DNA of 64,000 nucleotides from Candidatus Dormiibacterota bacterium (GTDB taxonomy: Bacteria > Chloroflexota > Dormibacteria > Aeolococcales > Aeolococcaceae): assembly GCA_963717185.1 (NCBI GenBank), contig CAVQVY010000019.1, positions 11,113 through 75,112 on the forward strand, written 5' to 3'. Position numbers and translations under genes: made by a program. The notes beneath the pieces were generated by a model. The model ran no database searches. It had not been told where the DNA came from and saw nothing but the letters and a program-made list of their open reading frames with translations. Shown piece by piece: positions 51,209 through 64,000 of the stretch (positions are counted from its first letter, which is position 1; the number at the start of each line of letters is the position of its first letter).

Positions 51209-52582
51209 TTGAGCGCGACCCTGGCCCCTGATGAAGAGATCACCATGGAGCAGCTCCTCGCCGAGGAGGAGCATGTCATCCGCGCGCTCGCGCACGGCGA
51301 CATCGTCGACGGCACGGTGGTGCGGGTGGACCCCGACGAGGTGCTGGTCGACATCGGCGCCAAGTCCGAGGGGGTGATCTCGAACCGCGAGCTCAGCGCC
51401 AGGGGCGAGGCGCCGGTGGTGCTCAACCCCGGCGACGAGGTCAAGGTCTACGTCGTCCAGCCCGAGAACGAGGACGGCAATGTCGTCCTGTCGCTGCGCA
51501 AGGCGCGCGCCGAGGGCATCTGGCAGGCGGTCGCCCAGAAGGAGTCGGAGGGAGAGATCCTCGACGCCGAGGTCCGCGAGCAGAACAAGGGCGGCCTGAT
51601 CGTCAACATCATGGGGCTGCGCGGGTTCCTCCCCAGCAGCCAGGTGGCGCGCCAGTTCAGCGGCAACCTCATGGAGCTGGTCGGCACCAAGATCCCGGTG
51701 AAGATCCTCGAGGTCAACCGCAAGCGCAACCGCCTCATCGTGTCGCAGCGCGCGGCCCAGGACGAGGACCGCGCTCGTCAGCGCGAGGAGCTCTTCGAGA
51801 AGCTGCAGATCGGCGACGTCGTCTCCGGCAAGGTGAGCGGCCTCACCTCGTACGGCGCGTTCGTCAACCTCGGCGGGGCCGACGGCCTCATCCACATCAG
51901 CGAGCTGTCGTGGGATCGGATCAACAACGTCAGCGACATGCTCAACGTCGGGGACGACGTGCGGGTCAAGGTGATCAAGCTCGACCCCGAGCTGTCGCGC
52001 ATCAGCCTCTCGCTCCGGCAGATGAGCGACGACCCGTGGGACACCATCGAGGACCGCTTCCCCGCCGGCAAGGCGGTCAGCGGTGAGGTCACCAAGACCA
52101 AGAAGTACGGCGCGTTCCTGCAGATCGCCGACGGCGTCGAGGGGCTGCTCCACATCAGCGAGCTGTCCTGGGACCACGTCGAGCGCACCGAGGACGTTCT
52201 CAAGGTGGGCGAGGTCGTCGAGGTCATGGTGCTGAGCGCCGACAAGGTTCGTCGGCGCATCAGCCTGTCGCTTCGCCAGCTGCACGGCGGTGGTCCGGCC
52301 GAGGGCGCCGAGGAGGGAGCACCGTACGAGCCGCCCGCGTACCAGATCCCCGACGATGAGGATGACGAGGACGACGACGGTGCCGACGCCGACGTGATCG
52401 ACGTCGCCGCTGCGGAAGTCGGCGAGCCCGACGGCACCGGCGCGGCCGACGCCGACGTGGATGACGCCGCCACCGAGGGTGTGCCCGCGGGCGACGACGG
52501 CGCCGCCATCGGACAGGCGATCGATGCCGACGAAGAGCCGGCGGCTGGTGAGACCGTCGACCCCGCGGCGTCCGAGGACTAG
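51209..52582 (+). CDS. rpsA: 30S ribosomal protein S1
   Basis: Intact 457-aa ORF with four S1 repeats (GDIVDGTVV..., ILDAEV..., GDVVSGKVS..., GKAVSGEVT...) and an acidic tail. The TTG start follows AAAGGAG. Confidence 0.9.
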   Translation: MSATLAPDEEITMEQLLAEEEHVIRALAHGDIVDGTVVRVDPDEVLVDIGAKSEGVISNRELSARGEAPVVLNPGDEVKVYVVQPENEDGNVVLSLRKARAEGIWQAVAQKESEGEILDAEVREQNKGGLIVNIMGLRGFLPSSQVARQFSGNLMELVGTKIPVKILEVNRKRNRLIVSQRAAQDEDRARQREELFEKLQIGDVVSGKVSGLTSYGAFVNLGGADGLIHISELSWDRINNVSDMLNVGDDVRVKVIKLDPELSRISLSLRQMSDDPWDTIEDRFPAGKAVSGEVTKTKKYGAFLQIADGVEGLLHISELSWDHVERTEDVLKVGEVVEVMVLSADKVRRRISLSLRQLHGGGPAEGAEEGAPYEPPAYQIPDDEDDEDDDGADADVIDVAAAEVGEPDGTGAADADVDDAATEGVPAGDDGAAIGQAIDADEEPAAGETVDPAASED

Positions 52583-52755
52583 GACGCCGGGTAACCGCTA
52601 CCGGTTCCCCCCTCGCTCACGAATCCGTCACCGCATCGAACGGGAACGCTTGAACTCGGAGAAGGCCGGGCATAATGGGGGCGGATTGACAGGTCGCCCG
52701 TCACTGACCTCCGCCACAGAAGGGGGGGCCGGCCCGGGCCAACAGGCGGGAAGAT

Positions 52756-55281
<2,526 letters not shown>

Positions 55282-55306
55282 AGGCGCAAGCGCTACCCTG
55301 CGCGCC

Positions 55307-56266
55307 GTGACCACCGCGTGGATCCCTGAGGGTTGGGACGAGGGTGTCATCGCGCTGGGCGGCCACTTCCTGCAGAGCACGGCATGGGCCCGGGTGCAGG
55401 AGCGACTCGGCAACCGCGTGGTCGTCGGCGCCAGCCGCGACTGGTGCTGGCTGGGCATCGTCCGCCGTGTCGGCCCGTTTCGGTACCTGTACCTGCCCTT
55501 CGGCCCGTCGCTGCGCAACGCTGCGGCGCTCCCCGCCGCGCTGGACTCGGCGGCCGACCGTGCGCGACGACTGGGCTGCGCGTTCGTCCGCTTCGAGCCG
55601 CGCCGGGTCGACGCCGCCGCCATCCCCGCCACGGGGGCGGCCAGGGTGAGATCACGGCAGTACGAACACACCCTGGTGCTGCGCATCGACGTCGACGAGG
55701 ACACCTTGCGAGGTGGGCTCAACAGCGGGCATCGCTCGCGGATCAACACCGCGGCAAAGCGGGGCCTGCGCGTGGTGCGGTCCAACGACCCCGCGCGCAT
55801 GCCGGACTTCGTGCGCCTGCTCCGTCAGGTCGAGCAGCGCAACGACTTCTTCTCGTACGAGGACCCGTACTTCGACGCGATCGCGCAGGAGCTGCTCGGC
55901 AGCGGTGACGCGTCGCTCTACTTCGCCATCGCTGGTGATGTCGATGCCGCGGCCGCGCTCGTGTTCGACTTCGGGCCCACCCGCTACTACGCGTTCGGGG
56001 CCACCGCGACCGAGTCCCGCAAGCTCATGCCGGCCCCGCCGCTGGTGTGGCAGGCGATCATCGACGCGCATCGCGAGGGACGCGAGCGCTTCGACTTCTG
56101 GGGGGCAGCGACCCCGGACGCCGCGCCCGGTCACCCGTGGAGCGGCATCACCGACTTCAAACGCGGCTTCGGCGGCGAGCGCGAAGCCTACGCGGGGACG
56201 TGGGAGCTGACCGTGCGGCCGGTCGCCGCGCGGCTGTTCGCCCTGGCGCGCGCGGCGCGGCGCTAG
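55307..56266 (+). CDS. FemAB-family peptidoglycan interpeptide-bridge (aminoacyl-tRNA-dependent) transferase-like protein
   Basis: Intact 319-aa [27 protein letters not shown] and FKRGFGG resemble the FemAB/MurM layout. Confidence 0.65.
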   Translation: MTTAWIPEGWDEGVIALGGHFLQSTAWARVQERLGNRVVVGASRDWCWLGIVRRVGPFRYLYLPFGPSLRNAAALPAALDSAADRARRLGCAFVRFEPRRVDAAAIPATGAARVRSRQYEHTLVLRIDVDEDTLRGGLNSGHRSRINTAAKRGLRVVRSNDPARMPDFVRLLRQVEQRNDFFSYEDPYFDAIAQELLGSGDASLYFAIAGDVDAAAALVFDFGPTRYYAFGATATESRKLMPAPPLVWQAIIDAHREGRERFDFWGAATPDAAPGHPWSGITDFKRGFGGEREAYAGTWELTVRPVAARLFALARAARR

Positions 56267-56922
56267 CCCCTGACCCCGGTCCCGATCGGGCAGCTCACCC
56301 CGGTTCCCTGCAGCCCGCAGTACCCGTTGGGGTTGGCCTCGAGGTACTGCTGGTGGTACGGCTCGGCAAAGTAGAAGACCGGCAAGTCGACGATCTCGGT
56401 GCTGATCTCGCCCTTGCCGGCAGCCGTCAACCGCTCCTGGTACATCGCGCGCGACCGCTGCGCGGCCGCTGCCTGGGCGGCGGTGAAGGTGCCGACCAGG
56501 CTGCGGTACTGGGTTCCGACGTCGTTGCCCTGGCGCATCCCCTGGGTGGGGTCATGCTCCTCCCAGAAGACGCTGAGAAGCTTCTCGTAGGTCACCTTGG
56601 TGGGGTCGTAGACCACCAGCACCGCCTCCGCATGCCCGGTCTGCGCCGAGCACACCTCTTCGTATGTCGGGTTGGGCGTGAACCCGCCGGCGTAGCCGAC
56701 GGCCGTCACCCAGACCCCGTCGAGCTCCCAGAAGAGGCGCTCCGCGCCCCAGAAGCAGCCCATGCCGAAGATCGCCGTCTCCATGCCGTCCGGGTACGGC
56801 GGGGTCATCGCGCGGCCGCTGACACGGTGGGTCGCGGTCACGGGGATCGGGTCGGGGCGGCCGGGCAGTGCCTCGGCGGCGGTCACCGGCCGGGTCTTGT
56901 GGGAGCTCAGAAAGCTGAACAT
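56263..56922 (-). CDS. msrA: peptide-methionine (S)-S-oxide reductase MsrA
   Basis: Intact 219 aa with [10 protein letters not shown] and the long-form N-terminus as in E. coli MsrA. AGGAGG lies 6 nt upstream of the ATG. Confidence 0.9.
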   Translation of the reverse strand: MFSFLSSHKTRPVTAAEALPGRPDPIPVTATHRVSGRAMTPPYPDGMETAIFGMGCFWGAERLFWELDGVWVTAVGYAGGFTPNPTYEEVCSAQTGHAEAVLVVYDPTKVTYEKLLSVFWEEHDPTQGMRQGNDVGTQYRSLVGTFTAAQAAAAQRSRAMYQERLTAAGKGEISTEIVDLPVFYFAEPYHQQYLEANPNGYCGLQGTGVSCPIGTGVRG

Positions 56923-57015
56923 CTATGTCCTCCTGCGCCCCATTGTGCCCCGCGCCGGCACCGTCGACACCTGCCCCGGCGCACCGATGAGCATCTGTGC
57001 CGCCCCCGGACGACG

Positions 57016-57029
57016 GGAACGCATGTGCG
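57016..57029. promoter_or_regulatory. Cheo-type LexA-box-like palindrome GGAACgcatGTGCG upstream of uvrA
   Basis: GAAC-N4-GTGC (1-2 mismatches to CGAAC-N4-GTTCG), 18 nt before the uvrA ATG and adjacent to TACGCT. It resembles the site at 17223. Confidence 0.3.
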
Positions 57030-57046
57030 GGTACGCTTAGGGGTCC

Positions 57047-59998
<2,952 letters not shown>

Positions 59999-60021
59999 CC
60001 CGTCTTCCGGATTGCGGCGCC

Positions 60022-60315
60022 ATGCAGTACCGTGCGCTCATGGTCCAGTTCGACAACGGGGGTGAGGAGCGGCGCGTGCGTCTGCGCCGGCTCGATGACT
60101 GCCTCACCATCCTCGAACAGGCCCACGAGCTCGACCATACGGTGGTGACCGCGGGCATGGCCGAGGCCCTGAGCGAACGCGTGCCCACGATCCGCGAGGG
60201 GATGGTCATCGCCGACGCCATCGAGGAGGTGCTCCGGCAGCAGGAGCCCTACATGATCCAGGTGCGCCCGAGGTCACCCGGCGCGTGCGCCGTCGCCGCG
60301 ACCCCTTCGACGTGA
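60022..60315 (+). CDS. hypothetical 97-aa protein
   Basis: ATG at 60022, with GC3-rich codons for ~80 codons. I recognise no motif. Confidence 0.4.
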   Translation: MQYRALMVQFDNGGEERRVRLRRLDDCLTILEQAHELDHTVVTAGMAEALSERVPTIREGMVIADAIEEVLRQQEPYMIQVRPRSPGACAVAATPST

Positions 60316-60428
60316 GGCTGCTGCTGCAGCGTCGCTGACCCCGGGACACCCCTGCTCAGGGTCAGGTCCCGGGCGCCGCGCCTGAGCGCGGTGGGCCGCC
60401 GGCCGCCTCGGGCTACACTCCGCGCCAC

Positions 60429-63424
60429 GTGAGCGCATTCGGCTTCGATCCCGAGGAGATTCTCCGGCGCCGGCGCGGTCCCCGCGTGGTGCGCACCGGG
60501 GGCGGGCCGCCGTCACGCCGCCGTGGCCGCCGCATCGCTGCCATCGTCGTGGTCGCGATCATCGTGGTGGTGGCCCTGGGTCGCTGGCTGCTCGGCCTGC
60601 GCGCCAGCTACCTGTACTACGCGAGCCTCAACCACACCAACGTCTTCTGGACCCCGTTCCTCGCCCAGGTGGTGCTGTTCCTCATCGGGGCGGTGATCAC
60701 CGGTGGGGGGGTGGCGCTGAGCATCTACGGATGGGTGCGGGCGTCGCGCAACCTCGACAAGTACGGCGGCCGGGTGGCGTTCTGGGCGGGCATCGCCGTC
60801 GCGGTGATCGCCGGGATCTCGGGGGGTGCGTTCCTGGCCGGGCACTGGCAGGACGTGCTGCTGTGGCTCCACGGCCAGTCCTTCGGCGCCCAGGACCCCG
60901 TGTTCCACCAGGACTACTCGTTCTTCATCTTCACCCTGCCCGTTCTCGACGCCATCCAGGCGCTGCTGTGGGCGGTCGCGCTGATCGGCCTGCTGGGCGC
61001 CGTCGGGCTGGCGGCGTTCGCCTTCTCGCTGGCCAACGCGCCGACCGAGGTCACCCTGCCCGTCAAGGCGCCTGAGGGACGCCGGTTCGAGGATGGTTTC
61101 GCCGTGGCGGTGACCCATGCCGGGATCTGCCTGGCAGGGGTCTTCGTGCTCGCTGCGCTGGGCGCCCACTTCGGGGTGTACCACCTCGCCACCAGCCAGC
61201 ACGACAACTTCGTCGGCCTCGACGCCACCCAGCGCAACGTCACGCGGCCCGTGCTCGGGGTGCTGCAGTGGGTGGCGCTGGTGCTGGCGATCGGCACCGC
61301 AGCGCTGGTGCTGGTCCGTCGCAACCGCGGCAGCGGCGCCACCGGCGCGGTGTTCGCCGGCACGCTGGTCGGCTGGCTGGTGCTCGCCGGGGTCGTCCAG
61401 GGAGTGCCGGCCCTCATCTACCAGGGCGCCTCGGTCAACCCCAACGCCCAGGTCGCCCAGACGCCGTCGATCAACGACTACCTGGCCACCAGCCGCTACG
61501 CGTGGGCCCTGCAGCCGTCCGACGTCGAGGTGCGCACCTTCGGGACCGTGGCGGCGCCGACGCTCAACGACCTCGCGGCCGACCCCGGGACGCTGCGCAA
61601 CGTGCGCATCCAGGACACCACCCAGCTGCCGGACACCTTCGCGCAGATCGACCGCAGTCGCAGCTACCAGACCTACCCGACCATCACCGTGGACCGCTAC
61701 CCGTCGGCGCCGTCGGTCGGCTGGGGGACACCGAGGTCATGCTCGGCCCCCGCGAGATCGCCGAGAACGACATCCCCAACGCCTCCTTCATCAACAGCGC
61801 GCTCAACTACACGCACGGCTACGGCATCACCGCGGTGTCGGTCAACTCCGTCGCCGCCGAGGGCAAGCCGCAGGTGCTGGTCGGCCAGCAGCCGATGAAG
61901 CAGGTGTCGCCGGACGCGCCGCCCGGGCTGAGCTTCAACGGCGCCGCCGGCGACCCGCGCATCTACTGCGGGCTGTCGACCACCCAGCCGGTGGTGACAG
62001 GCACCCAGCAGAGTGAGTTCGACTACCCGTCCGGCGGGGGCGACGCCACATTCCACGCCGGCGCCGAGATGCAGGGCATCCCGGTCAGCAACGTCCTCGA
62101 CAAGCTGGCGGTGTCGGTGGACGCCTTCGGCACCCTCGACCTCTTCCTCAACAACTCGCTGACCAACTCGAGCCGGGTGCTGGTGCACCGCACCATCCAG
62201 GACCGGATCACCAGCATCGCGCCGTTCCTGCACGTCGACGGCGACCCGTACGTGGTCGCTGACGACAGCACCGGCCACCTCGACTACGTCGCCGACGCGT
62301 ACGTGGAGAGCGATCGCTTCCCGGAGTCGGCGGTGCAGAACGGTGCGTCGTACATGCGCAACGCGGTCAAGGCCGTGGTGGATGCCCGCACCTGCGGCGT
62401 GACCCTGTACGCCGTCGACCTCAACGAGCCCATCACCGCCGCCTGGAACGCGATCTACCCGGGCCTGCTCAAGCCCCTGGACAGCATGTCGGCAACGCTG
62501 CGCAGCCACCTGCGCTACCCCGAGGACCTCTTCACCGCGCAGGCCCAGGTCTACGCCAACGTGCACGTCAGCAACGCGTCGGTGTTCTTCAACGGCAGCG
62601 ACCGGTACCGCGTCGCGCAACAGCAGATCGCCGGGCAGCAGCAGGACACGCAGCCCTACTACGTCGAGATGACGCTCCCCGGCGACAACCAGCCCAGCTT
62701 CAACCTCTTCCAGGCGTTCTCACCGGCGAGCACCAGCGGGGGCAGCGCCAACAACATGACCGCCTGGCTGGCGGCGCAGTCGGACTACACCTCGACCAAC
62801 CACCCCAAGCTGGTGGCCGTGCCCCTGAACAACTCTGTCAACGTCCTCGGCCCCCTGCAGTTCGACAACAACATCAACACCGACCCGGTGATCAGTCCCG
62901 AGATATCCCTGCTCAGCCAGCACGGCTCGTCCGTCATCCTCGGCAACGTCATCGTGCTGCCGTTCAACAACGACTCGTTCCTGTACCTGCGCCCGCTCTA
63001 TGTGCTCGCCTCCGGCAGCGCCGGCGGCACCGCATTCCCGCAGCTGCACGAGGTGATCGTGGGCACCCAGAACAGCGTCGCCCAGGGTCCGTCGTTCGTG
63101 CAGGCGCTGCAGGCGCTCTTCAACACCACCCAGCCGATCCCCGGGCTGGCGAATGGCACGACGCCGCCGACCACCACCCCACCACCGACGACCACCACGC
63201 CGCCGTCGTCGACCGCCAACTTCACCACCCAGGAACTGGCCCTGCTCAACGACCTGCTGACCCACGAGCAGAACGCGGAGGCCGCGCTCCAGAAGGGCGA
63301 CTTCACCACCTTCGGGAAGGAGGAGGACGCCGTGAAGTCCGACACGGCCCAGCTGACGGCGCTCCTCCAGCAGAGCCAGAAGGCCACTCCGTCCGCGTCA
63401 CCGAGCCCAAGTCCTTCCCCGTAA
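60429..63424 (+). pseudogene. UPF0182-family large membrane protein, 1 frame break as given
   Basis: GTG at 60429. The N-terminal ~330 aa have ~7 TM helices, followed by a large extracytoplasmic domain (RYAWALQP, NYTHGYGITAV, HLRYPEDLF, YYVEM). The single switch is at ~61700, right after TVDRY. Confidence 0.8.
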
Positions 63425-63460
63425 TCGCACGCTCGCAGCGCTGCCGCGAGCGGGATCGGG

Positions 63461-64000
63461 TTGTATAGGCTGACGGGCGTGGAGCAGATCGCGCCGGGCA
63501 TCCGCCAGATCGACACCCTGCTGGGTGGCATGGATCGGATGACCGCCGGCTTCCTGGTCGACGGGCCGCAGCCCGCACTTGTCGAGACCGGGTCGCAGAC
63601 CAGCGCCGGCGCGGTGCGCGACGCGCTGACCGACGCCGGCCTCGGTGCCGACGACCTCCGCTGGATCATCGTCACCCACATCCACCTCGACCACGCCGGC
63701 GGTGTCGGTGACATGGCGGCCGCGTTCCCCAACGCAACCGTCGTCGTCCACGAGCGCGGCGCCCGTCATCTCCTCGACCCCAGCCGGCTCATCGACAGCG
63801 CGGCGCGCGTGTACGGCCCGCTGCTCGACGGCCTGTACGGCCGGATGCTGCCGGTGCCGGAGGACCGCCTGGTGGCTGCGGCCGACGGCCACCGCGTCGA
63901 CCTCGGCGCGGGTCACTTCCTCACCATGGTCAACTCGCCGGGCCACGCCAAGCACCACCACGCCGTCCTCGACGACCACACGGGAACGCTCTTGGTCGGG
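63461..64000 (+). CDS. MBL-fold metallo-hydrolase, 3' end outside window
   Basis: The frame is open to the window edge and carries IIVTHIHLDHAGG (HxHxDH). The start is TTG 63461 or GTG 63479. It is not in the supplied ORF track because it has no stop. Confidence 0.75.
   Translation, partial: MYRLTGVEQIAPGIRQIDTLLGGMDRMTAGFLVDGPQPALVETGSQTSAGAVRDALTDAGLGADDLRWIIVTHIHLDHAGGVGDMAAAFPNATVVVHERGARHLLDPSRLIDSAARVYGPLLDGLYGRMLPVPEDRLVAAADGHRVDLGAGHFLTMVNSPGHAKHHHAVLDDHTGTLLVG

Noticed and set aside
50717-52285. 522-aa ORF on the minus strand, the longest ORF in this part of the track.
   Set aside because: It lies antisense to the S1 gene. Its composition is Asp/Leu/Ala/Arg/Gly-biased, typical of the mirror frame of a GC3-rich gene. 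It has no motif and its 3' part runs through the non-coding spacer. It is a GC-driven shadow ORF.
52583-52755. A CtsR operator or a clear sigma-70 promoter upstream of clpC (TTGACA at about 52686; TTGAAC...CATAAT at 52650-52676).
   Set aside because: There is no GGTCAAA heptad repeat. TTGACA has no TANNNT at 16-18 nt, and the TTGAAC/CATAAT pair has only a 15-nt spacer. This is too weak to report as a feature.

Overview
This is a very GC-rich (about 70 % by eye, not computed) 64-kb chromosomal segment. It consists almost entirely of core housekeeping genes of a Gram-positive-type (Terrabacteria) bacterium. GC-driven shadow ORFs dominate the six-frame track, so calls rest on recognisable protein motifs, GC3-rich codon pattern and start/stop context. 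Gene order, part 1 (1-30 kb): tail of a Tad-pilus minor-pilin cluster (TadE-like x2, TadG-like) | hemW, CIRCE, hrcA-grpE-dnaJ (no dnaK) | HIT, mtaB, rsmE, yjbQ (minus) | alpha/beta hydrolase | rny, LysR (minus) | small helical ORF | UvrD-type helicase-nuclease (minus) | crotonase | rpsU-ybeY-pth-mfd | GAF histidine kinase (minus) | mazG, ftsB-like, ileS. Gene order, part 2 (30-64 kb): tRNA-fMet, hairpin-repeat spacer, tRNA(CAU), tilS, ftsH | DUF2520-panB-panC-panD-nadB-nadC | a 9.5-kb co-directional minus-strand run (fused livHM, livG, livF with an RHH-like tail, unknown exported protein, solute-binding protein, UPF0104 membrane protein, GT4 glycosyltransferase, clpS, DUF2017) | small membrane ORF | Zn-ribbon-degV-plsY (minus) | 0.8-kb non-coding hairpin-rich spacer | rpsA, clpC, FemAB-like | msrA (minus) | uvrA, small ORF, UPF0182 membrane protein, MBL hydrolase (3' truncated). 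I saw no rRNA, CRISPR array, transposase, integrase or phage gene. Main observations: (1) About 75 single-nucleotide frame breaks are packed into six blocks of essential genes (hemW-dnaJ, helicase, rpsU-mfd, mazG-ileS-tilS, degV, uvrA), while multi-kb neighbours (ftsH, clpC, rpsA, rny, the kinase, TadG) are intact. This is most likely patchy assembly or polishing error, and those genes are typed pseudogene only in the sense of being disrupted as given. (2) A family of G-run/C-run hairpin repeats sits in intergenic spacers, with one compensatory stem change between copies, and a 0.8-kb non-coding region upstream of rpsA has no recognisable RNA family. (3) An ABC-transporter operon carries an embedded unknown exported protein and an ATPase with a ribbon-helix-helix-like C-terminal tail. 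(4) Four genes have leaderless-type promoter geometry, and the two excision-repair genes have Cheo-type LexA-like boxes upstream. I found no clearly novel multi-gene system; the candidates are ranked by interest in the findings.
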